Source of the DNA: Lytechinus pictus
Lineage: Eukaryota
Direction: 5' to 3'
Length of the DNA: 64,000 nt
NCBI RefSeq assembly: GCF_037042905.1
Contig: NC_087251.1
Coordinates: 1,488,001 to 1,552,000 of the forward strand
Below the pieces are notes generated by a model, which saw only the letters and a list, made by a program, of their open reading frames with translations, had not been told where the DNA came from and ran no database searches. Positions 28,100 to 41,282 of this stretch are shown piece by piece (position 1 is the first letter of the stretch; each line of letters begins with the position of its first letter). The position numbers and the translations under genes are program-made.

Positions 28100-28280
28100 A
28101 GAGATCACATCACCCGGCCTGTGTCCCGTGAGCACTCTCTCTGTTTTGAGTGCGCATCGTCTGCCCTTCCTTAGTTCGGAACCCAATTTGGCGGCAAACA
28201 CATTTTGACAGTTCTTGCGTTAGCCTCACTCGCTGCCCGTTTCCTGCTCATCGTATGCGCACATCTATTTTGCGCATTAA
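28100..28280 (-). promoter_or_regulatory. Putative TMEM151 promoter region
   Basis: Locally GC/CpG-richer, three TGCGCA motifs (28151, 28256, 28271), about 300-470 bp upstream of the ATG exon at 27809. Confidence 0.35.
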
Positions 28281-28846
28281 TTGTAGCCTTTTTGGTAAGA
28301 CGTTATGGCAAATTATACACCATTACTTAGGCATGTGTGACCACTAACATACAATCAGAATATTAATTGGTTTAATAGTGATATAAGATATATCAATATC
28401 ATAAAAGCGTGCAAAATATGAGCGCTAATCTTCAGAATATTTGTATACCTTGGCGATTGTGCTTACTGCAATTTGTTAAACCTGACTGAAAGTGGAGACT
28501 ATGCATCATCTATCTTATCGACCTTCGTTGGGGGTGCATTCAAAATGAAACGGGTATGCCTTCGGGTGATGAACGGGGGAGAAACGTCTCCATACCCAGT
28601 TCTTCTATCATGATTGTATTTCATTCATGTATACTGAGTGCACATGTTTGACATGGTATTATAGCTGTCACTACGATGGTACAACCAAATCCAGTTTATA
28701 CAACAAAAGTAAGATTATAAAGGGCGGGTTTTGCTGAGGGGGCTAACATGGAAATGAAAAGGGCGATTCTGTGATATGCTAAAAAGTTTTTTTTCACAGA
28801 ATAAAGGTAATAATAAAATTTATCTTCAGAATAATTAATGTATTAC

Positions 28847-28870
28847 CATGGACCTACTAGTAGGTCCATG
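28847..28870. mobile_element. 24-bp perfect palindrome insertion with 7-bp TSD (minimal P-like MITE)
   Basis: GTATTAC | CATGGACCTACTAGTAGGTCCATG | GTATTAC. Confidence 0.75.
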
Positions 28871-31800
28871 GTATTACACAGTCAAAGTATAAAGACAGAT
28901 ATTAATGGCAGGCATGACAGGATACGATGTGAAGGATAAATATTCTCCACATTTAATTTTTTTCTAAAATGATTCCAGACTAATAGGCCAATTGCAGGCA
29001 TTACATTATCTCCAAAAGTATTATGTAAAATACATCATGTTCCTGCAAATAATTAATGATAGCACTATTTTTCCTGAAATCTCAGGGTTTAACTACATAC
29101 TCCTCGGATGGTATCGTTCCTTGACCTGTAAACAGTTGCAACAATTGCTTGATAACATCTAGGTAGAGCGTGAAAGCTTTTCCTCATGCACGGGTCGGGT
29201 TATGCATAAGAATCAATCAAAATTTTGTTACCGAGTCTGTTTTTCTCCGGGGTCCCTTACGCACTGTCCTTCAACTACATGCAACGGGTATTTACACTCT
29301 AAGGGATTGGTGAATAAGATTGACCAGATTGATGTAAACCACTTTCCTTTCAAATAAACAAATTAATATATCCTAAACAAAAATACTGTTTTATTCAGAG
29401 TTTTGTTTTGTATTCTATTTTAATGACGTTATTTACTTATTAGAATTTTTAAAATGAAAATACGTATAATGTATGTACTTGGTTGTTTTAGTATTAGTGC
29501 ACGAAGACTTGCTTTTGTTCATGACAATTATTTATTCTCTTCGTTATTATGATGATGATGATGAGAAAACAACTATACCTAGGATAGTACAAGTACATTT
29601 TAAAACAGGATTTAAAAACCATTTTCAAACTTGAGAATTCTCTTTCTTTGGCTAGTTTAATTCACGAGAATGCAAATGTCGATTTTATGGCCGACTGCTT
29701 TGTCAACGAGAGCAAATTTCTTGACACAATAATGTCCGTCTATCAATGGCTTGCAAGGGCTTGATACTATAAGAAAGTAATATCAATATTTCATTATTAT
29801 TCATATTATAATGATCATTATTTTCATCTTGATGACGTTCACCGTTCCCAATTATAGCAAAAAATCCCTATTAAACTCATGATTCATATAATCATTATCA
29901 ATAGACCAAAAGTACAACACTCCACTGAATGAATACTTGACTTCAGTCATGATCGTGTTTGTTGATTACATTTTAATACGTTTGTTCCTGTGATCTTTAC
30001 CGATGGTGATTGATACAATGATTGTCTTATAAAGCAAAATCAAAGAGATTACTTTAATCAAACTATATATGCATTGAAACCAATCCAGGTCTCGCGGAGT
30101 TCATCGTCGACTCAATCCTCATGATTTATTCAGCTAAATGGGTGCTTTGGAAGTTCGATTAAATCATTAATGGTCTGTATTCATCAGTAGACGCGCCTCT
30201 TATTTGTCTTGCGTGACTGTTATGCCTTTGTTCAGATAGAAATAAGGCGGATGATGGGGGAATGTGTTGGTAATTTGATTGGAAAATAGATTGGTTCTAA
30301 AGACTATGGTGTCCTACAAACACGCTACAACCATTGGGTGTTTGCAGGAGGCAGTATAATGATGATGAGCTCCGTTAATCATTCATGCGATTCCATGCTC
30401 TTATCAATATTGCACTTAACTTTGCTTTCCCTCCATCTTTTGTTGTCATGGTGATTGTGAGACGTTGTAACACAGCGTAAACACGGAGAACGTGAGAAAT
30501 ATTACCCGTCTGGTAGAGAGAGATTCTATTTTATTCATGGCAAATTTGAAATGTTAATGGATCATCCCCTTTGCACTATGCTCATATCTTTTCTATTAGT
30601 ACTTTCAGTATCTTGGAAACGAACATGTGACATGGTTTATCAAAGGTATTAGGCATGCCGCCATTTTGTGTGTGTGAATCGATGCACGTGTATTGCCAAT
30701 GTACAAAATTAATCTTATTCACTATCAGTTCATGGTTAATCATTTTCATTAAAAAAATGACTAATAACTGTCACCCCAACCGTTTTATAGATGTTAATAC
30801 ATTTTAACATAATGATAGTTTTCAGACTCAGTGCCATACTATCCCAAAGTTATCGATCCGATTTCCCATATTCCATAATTTGCTATTTAATGGGAAGTGA
30901 TAAAAAAGAAACAAAATCAATCGAAAGGTGTTCCTTTCTTAAAAATGTTTTCAAGTTAAAGATAAATTTACGAAAGACAGTGATAAAACCTAAATTTAAA
31001 GCTTACAACGATAAAATGGCAAAGCTTTACCAACCCACAGCTATATAGTTCCATTCAGCAAGTTTTCGTCCACTCCCTCTGTAAAACTCAATACATGTTT
31101 TCCTTGTGCTTTATTGATCATCGGTCAAAATAAATATCCAGTAATGAACATTACATCCGACCCCATCTTACTCCATTCTAACTGCTCAAGACATGGTGAT
31201 TTTAGAGCATTATAAACTGTTATACAAACTAGAAAAATATATATTTTTGTAATTACCCCTTTTCTCCTATCGATCGCTAAATAAGACTTCTGCATGCTTT
31301 TCTCTAACTTATTATTATTTTTTGTATTATTATTTTATTTTTGCATAATGGCAATCTATGCCAGTAATTATACATAATGATGCTCGATCTTACACTCCTC
31401 CCAGAATTGGTCTTCTGGGTGGACTCGTCAAATTTGAAGGGGGCGTCTTAAAGCAATATGAGTTTGCATCTATAATTTAAATTGCCTTGTAAATGGCATT
31501 TCATCTTTAAAAAAAACCCACGTTCTATTACAACACTACGATCTGATAATACTGGAGTTTGTCAAAATATAAATGTTATTAATCTCATTGATCATCTCAG
31601 ATTTTAAAACAAGTTCTTAAAGAGGATTTTGTGTCACAAAAGAGCCGTAATGTTAAAACGAGTAGAAATGAGTCATGGGCAATAAACCCACGATGATATA
31701 GCGGTAAGTGCATTCAGGCCCATGAATCCTAAACAAAATTTTAAAAAGTGCAGTTGATCGAAATATAGTGAAGCAAACTATATCAACAGATGATATTAGC

Positions 31801-33244
31801 TGTGATGGCACGTAATATCGCACTACCATGCATTTTTGTGGTGTATCTGGGTCTCGAAATTGTACATTCAAAAGAACCCAAGAAATGGTCGGTAAGTTGT
31901 CACTGCATGTAATAATAACCTTGATTGGTTGTTCCAATCTTGCGAGCCTTTCTGTTACACTGAGTCGTATTGGAAACTGCAGGTTTGCGGTTGAAGCGCC
32001 ACATCCATTTCCTTTTTGAAGGAGTGCCAATGGGTCCTTAATGGTGAGAAAATCCTGTAACGTCGTGGTGCGGGCCGATGAGATGAAATAAATAGATGAA
32101 GTGAGAGTAATGGTTGGTGACTTTCATCTGATCAATAAATCAGAAGAGGTGGTGGAATGTGACAATCTGAGGGCTTTCAGTCGTATATAATATGCTAGCA
32201 AGCACCAAAACCATGCTGATTTCTCCTGAGGCTTTGGGATATTATGAAAGTTACATTAGATATATAGAAAACATTAATACATAGGACGGAGATGAGTTAG
32301 TGTGAAGGGATGATGAGACTATGAATCATACATGGAGTTCTACTGCGTTATTCCTGATTGGGATGACAGTTAATACTCATCCAAGGTGAATTATGAACGC
32401 AAAACGAATCCATGGAAATTTCCTTCTCTGGATGACCTCCAGAAAGACGAGAATACAGTCAGAGAAATTCATGGATGACTTGGGACCTTGTGATGAAACA
32501 TACATTATCATGATTACACTAAAATACTTAACATAATTATATTGATCAATTATAAATTGTTGCTATATGCGTGATATGGCTCGAGGCTGTCAAGGGTGGG
32601 CTGGAAAAAAAATCATCTACATTTTTCCACATCGGCCGCTAGAAGAGGATAGTCCTAAAGACTAAAATTAAAGCACTTATACCTTTGATTTTACAAACAT
32701 GAAACTGTATATCAAAATACCAAAAATTAAAAATGTGAGCGCGAAGCAAGATCTCATATATTTTGCATACGAAAAATCTCATTACATGATCATAACACCA
32801 TAAAATATGATGTAGATGTTAATATGAGGCATTATAATAATAACACAAGTAAAATAAGACAACATTAATGTTCTATCTTTAACATTTCTAATCATGCGAT
32901 ATGGCTTTCGAGCAGTAATATGGCTGAAGTATTTAGTTTGATTTCAAGCGGATACTCATCATATTTTATTTGTTCTACATAAAATGAACATCTAATCAAT
33001 TTCAACTTAACATTTGGATGATCCTAAGTAATGTTGAAGGAATAAAATACCCAAATGAGCAAGTTACACTGTTAAGAACACCATGTAACACATTAAAAAC
33101 ACAGTGATGCAGTAATAGAGAAGAAAAAATATAAAAACAAACAGATATAAGAAACGAAAAGATAGGGGAGTAACAACAAGAAGAACGTAACGGATATGAA
33201 AGATAGGCGTATGCTATGAGAGAGAGGGACATGCATAGATATTG

Positions 33245-33315
33245 AGAGAGAGAGAGAGAGTGTGTGTGTGTGTATGAAAGAGAAAGAACTCATGAGGGAG
33301 AGAGAGAGGGAGAGA
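33245..33315. repeat. (GA)n(GT)n compound microsatellite
   Basis: Directly visible. Confidence 0.85.
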
Positions 33316-34319
33316 TAATGCAAAGTTATTTTACAGCGATCACAACACTATCAAAATGAATCGGCTACATAGCACTAATTACCTGTTCAACTAATACTTA
33401 ATGTAAATTTTTTAATATTTAACGATCATATTACGTTTGTTAACATCATTTTCATTGAAAAGGGGGTTTTGTTGAAGAATGAGTGGGTTTTATCAAATGG
33501 TAGTATTTGGTCTCGAGATGGCGTCTTTCCATTCAGATCTCGTTGTGAGATAAACTGATGCTTTCCTCTGCTAGTTTCCCTTTGTATGAATTTCTCCATA
33601 CTTTGAGTGACAATATAAGCTTACTATCATTAAAAATTAAACACATTGATGGTTTCTAAGAATACATTGTTGACCGAACGAATGCTAAAAATAAGCATTC
33701 ATTTTTCCCTCAATTTAAGATACTTTTTTAAATGTATCACAAGCAATAAAGTCAACTTATTCGATTAAGGTTTGGCATTTTCGTTATACAATTGTGTATA
33801 CAACTAAAAAGACGATGAAATTAACAAGTTAACAAGTAAAGAGAGGTGGGTGAATTATCATTGATGCTTCTTTGGGTACAAATTAAACTTTTTTAAAAGT
33901 TGGTTTGGATTTTATGAAACGTATCAGTAAAACGTATCAGTAATGGTATTTTGTTTCAAATAATTTGTAGGGTATTTCTTATAGATTGTTTTGACAGAGA
34001 GGACTTTACTTTCCATAAATGAAATAAGTTACGGAGTCTAGTTTCATAGGAATGAATTTGCTTATTAATTGAGAATATGGATAACATATTTTTTGGTAAT
34101 AAATCTTGAAACTATTGGAAACCAAGCAATGACAAATGATATTTGAATAAATCCAAAATATTTGAAGTTCTTAACCGGAAAAAAGGAGCAGAGTGAACAT
34201 AGTATTTACTACCTGTACATATACGTAAAGCCTTCTTTTGCAATTTAAACAATTTTTCAAATTTACCGTGAGATAAATCTCCCCAGAAAGCAATGCACTA
34301 AGTTAAATTAGGCAATATG

Positions 34320-34590
34320 AGATATACAGTAAATGATATGGTAAAATATGATGAAATATATATGATAAAGTCTTATGATAAAATGTTATACAATATAAAA
34401 ATTGCCAAAGTTATTCCAATATTAAAGAAAAGTGATATTTCATAAACAATTATAAAGCGATATCATTGAAAATATCCTTATCAAAAAGCTTTGGAAATAT
34501 TTTCGTTACAGAGAAAAGATTGAAAAAAACGTAAGTCACATTAATTTTACTTATCCAAAGGAATTGGTATTGTCCGCACAAAAAATCAAT
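34320..34590 (+). mobile_element. Decayed LINE (CR1/L2-type) reverse-transcriptase fragment
   Basis: 34401 onward reads IAKVIPILKKSD...NYKAISL...SK (across a frameshift), resembling the RT motif AKVIPIxKKGD..NYRPISLL..xSK. Confidence 0.6.
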
Positions 34591-34640
34591 TTAATTTATT
34601 ATTGTTTTTCATGGAATATAACCAGACTATTTTGTTGTCA

Positions 34641-36395
34641 TTAAATCATAATACGGAGGGCATATAATTTCTCGTATGCATACAATGCATGCTCAGCACA
34701 CTCTTTCACGTCATCAGAATAATCTTGATTTGAATCGTTTGTCTTCTTCTTTGAGCCATCTCCAAAACTCGTACTCTGTAAAGCCTTTGACAGTGACAGA
34801 CCCTGAGAGTATTTGGTTTGTGTTATAGCTCCAACATCGATGCATTCCCAGTTAAGAACGGAAGGGTTTTTTACGCTTTCCCATTTTAACATCTTAGGTG
34901 TATAAGGAATACCAACCAGCTCGCAATAGTTTGAAAGCACCGCTTCAGGTTGCGCTAAAGATCGTCCGCGCCTATGATCGGAGGCGCTGATTGGCCAAGT
35001 TTATTGATCACGTGGTCGTAAAACTTCTCCAGTTCCTGATAGATGTTCTTGAATGTGACCCTGAAATCGATTGGGATTACACCTTTTGTCAGCTTCTCAT
35101 ATGACCGGAACATCTTGAGAGGATGTCGAATGAGAAAGGTATGCTTGTAATTGGTAGTACTACATCAAAGTTTCCTTGGATTGCCTCAATCATACACTTG
35201 GCAAAAAGGACTCTCGAATTCGGATGAGGTTCTTTCATTAGTGAATTAACGTAATCGATGGTGTACTTGTCATTCAGAAGATCTGAAAAGTGAAAAATAT
35301 TTGTTTCAAGATTATCATAAGTTATATTTGTCCCCATTGGAGTGGTTTAAATCTTCAGGAATAATCCAATCTATTAAACTTGATTTCCAATAATCTCGTT
35401 TCCATCTAATCAATACGTAGAAGAATGGACATTGTAGTATCGTCATGATTAGCTTTTCCTTGAAGTCAATATAAATGTATTTTGATGAGGCAAAAGTTAC
35501 AAAATTAATGTGTAGGTTTATTTATGGAAACGTTGAATGAGTCAAATGATTGCTTGCTACATTCTGAATCTGTAGACAGTGAATATCCTGAGTGCAAAAT
35601 GTCATTCTGAAGTATCCCTTTTACTGTAACAATATCACCCGGGTGCTCTCTTGTAAGTAGACACATGCATTCTTTTTCTGTTGATGGTCGGTGGGTAAGA
35701 GTATTGACGGGGCGATGAATTATATTAAACATTTGTCTCTGAACAGTCTCAGGATTTTATTTGATAGTTTCACAATTTAGGAAATGGACACCATTAAATT
35801 AGCAATTCGTAGGAATTTGAGACACCTCAAATATATCTTACACATAGGACACATTTCAGCTGACAAGAATACACTCAAGGCTTAATATCGTCATGATTCA
35901 TGCAGTCTCAATACCAAGGAAGTTTATCATTAGGACAATTTCATAAAATATGTACGTCCGACCCCCTATGTGTGGGACCTTCATTAATTTTAATGTCTCT
36001 GATTTATTGTTCTTTTGACAGCCTGTAATATTCTCAAAAGACAATGACTTGGTCAGTTTATGAAGTGAAACAAGACTTAGAAAAATGGGGGTCGGACTTA
36101 CAAAAAGGTTGATCATTTAATGGAGTTGCCCATTAATTGGAGAGCAATGTGCAAATTGTAGTGAGCAGAGATGATTTTAGAGAATTGGAGATGATTAGAG
36201 TAAAATCAATGTTCTATTCCTACCCGGAAAATCATCTGCCCAATGGTCTGTACGGTCAGTGCCATAACTATAACAGTTTAGGTAAGGCTCCCAGAAGATC
36301 TTGGTATCACCTCGGGACGACATCGAACGGGTGAACGCAGTCGATAATGATCTCGGTGGACTACATATCATAATACGGGCCTGGTTGGATGACAT
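34641..36395 (-). pseudogene. Sulfotransferase-like (Sulfotransfer_5 / BCAT-like N-domain) paralog A, frameshifted
   Basis: Exons 36224-36395 (172 nt, donor G|GTAGGA) and 34641-35282 (acceptor TTTTCAG). Relative to copies B and C there are 1-nt deletions at ~35151 (CCA-AT TAC) and ~34958 (CTT-TA GCG). Motif changes: IWS to ICS and IDADDL to IGADDL. Confidence 0.75.
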
Positions 36396-36773
36396 TTTAG
36401 CTAGAATGTAATTTTAAAAAAGTGTCAGTTCCTTTGTAAATGTGATTTAATTACAGCTGTCGTACGATTTTCGTTTCACTAATTGATTTATTATCAGTAT
36501 CGTCTGATATTTCGAATACCATATTAATTTGCTTTAATAGAAACTGAAAATTCGACTTCGCGGAGTCTTTGCTATATTTCTCCCATATCGAATAATGTGC
36601 TATAGAGATGTTTTAAAAAGTAATATTGGGATTGGTATTGGGAATGTTATTCATCAAATTGGAATAAAAAAAAAATGTATTGATCTTTATACATCCAGAC
36701 ATTTCACATGATATCATTGCCAAGCTTTACCATTTGTTTTTATACGCATGCGTCAACTGTTTATTGTTAGAGG

Positions 36774-36960
36774 CACTGGCGTGGCGGGTCCGGGGGAGGG
36801 GGGGGGGGCAACAATACAATTTGTAATGTAAAAATCCGTTAAAACAGAAGTGTGCTCCCCCTTTGAAAGTGAAACCTTATTTTTTATTTTTTTTGCTTTT
36901 CAAATTTTTCCTCTGGAAAATGCCCCCTACCCTTTTTGGAAAATCTTGGATCCGCCCCTG
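36774..36960. mobile_element. hAT-like MITE in intron 1 of paralog A
   Basis: Right end GGATCCGCCCCTG, degenerate left end; flanks GTTAGAGG / GTTAGAAT (6 of 8 identical). Confidence 0.6.
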
Positions 36961-37548
36961 GTTAGAATTATAGGCGCATATCCATAGTGATAAGTGCCCT
37001 TTTGCTTAATAGGGAGATTTGTATTTTTACTCATTTTTGCTGGTCATTTTAAGGCAATTGTGACCTTTTTGAGGAGTTCTAACAAGTTGTTTACTTGCCA
37101 TAAAATAGTAATAAATTCGCCATGTTTTCAGTGCCTCTTTATTTAAATACTGGATGTGCCCATGACTTGGGCGATGACTGTATTTCAAGGTACTGGAGTG
37201 CGAATTGAATACACATTGAAATTAGAGAGATCTATATTATCTATTACTGAAAACAGTTGCTCATGCATGTCATGTTCAAAGCAACAAAGGTACGTTGTTG
37301 TGAATTCCCTCTCCATGAAAACTAACCTATTATGTGCAAGTATAAATCTCTTTAGGAGGTAACAAAATGTTAAAAGAACAAACGCAAACACGTTATTATA
37401 CAACGAAAGAAATATGGCATAGTACGATAAACTATACCAGTGCTTTAAACTGAAAGGCAAAGCTATTTTATTATTTGTTTCTCATACTTTATAGCACGTT
37501 TGAAGCCATTTTTAACAATAATCTAGTATAGAAAAAAAAAACACTTAC

Positions 37549-37710
37549 TTTAAGATGAAGATACAGCAGGCGTTGTTAACTCACTAAGGCTAGAAATACA
37601 TGTAGAGTGTAAGAAATTGTGTATCGGTTCTAGATGCTGTTTACCAACCCATCTTTATGTAAATATAATATCAGATAATATTTGATCACAGTAGGAGAAA
37701 GGTCACATAT
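37549..37710 (-). promoter_or_regulatory. Putative non-coding first exon and promoter of paralog A
   Basis: Donor GTAAGT at 37548-37543; acceptor 5 nt before the ATG (exon starts 36400); AGATAATA...AAAGGTCACA block shared with copy B. Confidence 0.45.
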
Positions 37711-38413
37711 AGATTTATGGTTCATAATATAGGATCTCTTTTGACAAAGTTAGTGCTAACAGTATCCGATCCCTTCAAATATCCAAATTAATCTTGTCAT
37801 AAAATGACTTTTTTTTCTTTCACCAGAGTCATCTTTTAAATTCATTCGAACATATCTTAACATGATAACATTAGGGTATAGTGTTTATTTTCTTGGTCCT
37901 GAATGATAAGTATAACTTATATTCATAACATTTATTTACATAAAATTAGAACACATATAGAATAGGCATGAAATATTTGTTTGTCCAATCATACAATGAA
38001 TATCAAATAACCCAAACATGTACAAGCGATGCAACAGTGTTAATACAAACAGCATATGAGAGAAATAACTAAGATGAGTCTTAACAAAGATGAATATTAA
38101 TTGAATACATTATTAATAAATCAGCAGGTATGGAATTACACGATCTACAGATTGGAGAAAAAAAATATTTTGCCATAATCAATTACAGTCAATGAGGGAG
38201 GGGGTACTACTTAAGCATTCAGATAATTGGAAAAGCAAAGAAAAGGGATATAAATAACGATAATTTCAGTATTTGAAGGTATTAACGGAATGAAAATGAT
38301 ATCAAACAACCAACCTAAGTGAGTCAGGGTAATAATTCCAAGTCAATCTCATGATAAATGTATATCTTTGTTGGAATATAACTAGACCGTTTAGAAGTTA
38401 GAGTGCATCGTTT

Positions 38414-39626
38414 TTATCGAAGTTTGATTCGGAGGTCATATAATCTCTCGTATACAGGCAAAGCATGCTCTGCACACTCTTCCACGTCATCAGAATAATC
38501 TTTGCTGGAATCATTTGTTTTCTTCCTTGAGCCATCTCCAAAACCTGTACTCTGTAAAGCCTTTGATATTGAAAGACCCTCAGTATGTTCTGGTCTTGTG
38601 ATTGCTCCAACATCCGTGAATTCCCACTCAAGAACGGAAAGATTCTCTACACGATCCCATTTTAACATCTTAGGTGTGAATGGAATACCAATCATCTCGC
38701 AATACTTTGAAAGCACCGTTTTAGGTTGCGCGAGAAGATCGTCAGCGTCAATGATCGGAGGCGCTGATTGGCCAAGCTCATTGATCACGTGGTCTTAAAA
38801 CTTCTCCAGTTCCTGATAGATGTTCTTGAATGTGGTCTTGTAGTCGATCGGAACTAAATTTTCGCAGAGTTTCTCAAAGGATATGTACATCTTTAGTGGA
38901 TGTCGGATGAGGAAAGTGTGTTTATAACCAGGTGCAACGGCGTCAAAATTACCGGTGATCCCCTCGATCATGCATTTGGCGAAGAGAACTTTTGAGTCTG
39001 GTTGAAATTTTTCCATCATATCATTCACGTAGTTAAACGTGTACTTGTCATTAAGCACTCCTAAAAAGAGGAAATATTTACCAATTATGAGTTTGCAGTG
39101 TATAATATTTACATTAATGATTTCTTACCAGTCTACCAAATCAAAACCTAACGGTGTATAATGCCCAGTGCCTATTACATACAGTATACCTACTTCTAAT
39201 GTACCGTTTGTCCGCGAATAACAATTTTCTTAAGCCGGTGTAAAATATCCGAAAATTCTTCTTTTTTTTTATATATTAATATTTTAGTCAATATTGATAT
39301 TTTAATCCAAAGGTCAACCGGAGCATGACCTCAATCTATTTTACGATTTCCTTTAAGATGATTCATGAAATGAGATCAACATGAAGGTCAACTCCGCAAA
39401 AGTTTTTTTTTTTTCATAAATCAAGACAAGAGTCAGTTGAGGAAACGGGTATACCTGGTATGTCATCTGCCCAATGCAATGTTCTATCAGGACCATAACT
39501 ATAACAGTTTAGGTAAGGCTCCCAGAAGATCTTGGTATCACCTCGGGCTGACATCGAACGGGTGAACGCAGTCGATAATGATCTCGGCGTACTCCAGATC
39601 ATTAATCGGGCTTGGTCGGATGACAT
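38414..39626 (-). pseudogene. Sulfotransferase-like paralog B with a single in-frame premature stop
   Basis: Exons 39455-39626 (172 nt, donor CAG|GTATAC) and 38414-39060. Codon 38795-38797 is TAA where A has TAC and C has TAT (KFYDHV). The frame continues intact to the stop at 38414. Confidence 0.75.
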
Positions 39627-40529
39627 TTTGGCTAAAATTTTGAAAGTTTTGGGAAAAAAGGGTTCATTGGTAGAGGTTATTGAATAACATTTATTTTCAA
39701 GTTCTAAAGTCTCTCGCTTAAAAAAACAGGGCCTATGGGAAACAATGCTCGTCAGGACAGTCAGATTCATTGTTAGGTCGTCATCTATTAGACAAAACAA
39801 TTTCAATTTTATATAGTCATTTCCTGCTTTGTTATCTTACATTGTTATATTCGCCCCTAGCACTCCTCCATAGTCTTTGCGCTCTTTCCACACTCATCTA
39901 ATCGATTTCATGTGTGATCGCAAATTGATTCAGAGGTTCGTGAGTCAAGCCCTGTATCACACGTGACATTAATTATTATATACCTATGAAACACGTCTAT
40001 GAATACACGTATACACACACCCGCCCACCCCCTCCCACACACACGTAATTTAATTTTAACTTAGTACTACTTGTGTGGTTGGTGTCATTGAGCCAAGATG
40101 CTTTTACTCGAACAAAGTGTTCTTGATCCGATTTTTATTGAAGTCGAGCAGTATACAGGACCATAATCTACAGTAACCTGGTTTAGTTCCGTTATTATGG
40201 GCTATTTAATGCAAATAGAACTTGAACTTTGCACATGGTGTTTCTAATGATGCATATTACAGGAAAATATTATGGGATTATAGGCCTATATGAAAAGCAT
40301 CTCACTACCTGATAGTTATGTACAGGAGACCTTCGACCTATTTCCCATTTTCGAGCTGATAATTTAGCTGGGATAAGCAATTGGTCAGTAATTATATATT
40401 GTGCATAAAGAAATATGATTCCATCATTCCATATTACTTTAACAATTTGTTCCATGCTCAAATCTTTCGATCATTCTCACATTCATCAAGTTCATAGCGA
40501 ATGATTTATCACTGGTAGTCTTCAAAGAT

Positions 40530-40857
40530 CAGGACCCTGGGAACCCCTTTTTTTTAATAGGGGGTGCTGGTTTAAATTTGACAAGCAAAAATAAGGTTTT
40601 CATTAAAAAATGAAAAAGCGAACGTCATTTTGGTCACGAGAAATTTGAGGGAAAAAAAATTAAGGTCATTTTGGTCACAAAAATTTTGACAGGACAAAAA
40701 GGAGAAAGTTTTCACTACATATTGAAGGTGATTTCGGTTCAACTTCTACTATTTTCCATATCTACCAGATTTCCAGGGGGTGCTGCCTATGGGAAATAAC
40801 ACAAGCAGCACACCCCAAGGGGAAGTATACTTAGCACCTCTGCTTCCCAGGGCCATG
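40530..40857. mobile_element. MITE with CAGGACCCTGGGAA / CATGGCCCTGGGAA TIRs and 7-bp TSD
   Basis: TSD CAAAGAT at 40523-40529 and 40858-40864. Confidence 0.8.
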
Positions 40858-41282
40858 CAAAGATGAAGAGTATTCAGCGTGAAAATATATCACAAAATAA
40901 CTAAATGCTTCAATATGAAAAGAGAACAAATATTTCCATTACCTTTTTGTCTATAAGGGGGTAAATACAGCGGTACAACAGTCGATTGATATTGGTATTT
41001 TTGAAACGAAATTACAAAATAACTAGATTTTAATTCGTCATGCGGACGAATTAGGTGGTCTGTCCTTATTCTCGCCATCATGATCACTATTACCATGTTC
41101 AAGCAGATCAATATGATCTTCATGATGACAACGGAATGTTCATTATGGATGGAATACTTGTGAAAGTCGGGAGATGATAAAGCACTGTGAAAATGGTCTC
41201 TTTGATATATGACAATACATGTGATATGAAAAAAGTAATTATAGTCTGTTTTATCTTGCAAAATTTTAACTTTTATACCTTT

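Noticed and set aside
980..33323. Remaining short ORFs of the six-frame track in the TMEM151 intron and upstream region
   Set aside because: No recognisable domains, low-complexity or AT-biased composition, and no consistent splice-phase chains.
38795..38797. Selenocysteine or programmed readthrough in paralog B
   Set aside because: The codon is TAA not TGA, aligns with Tyr, and has no favourable readthrough context.
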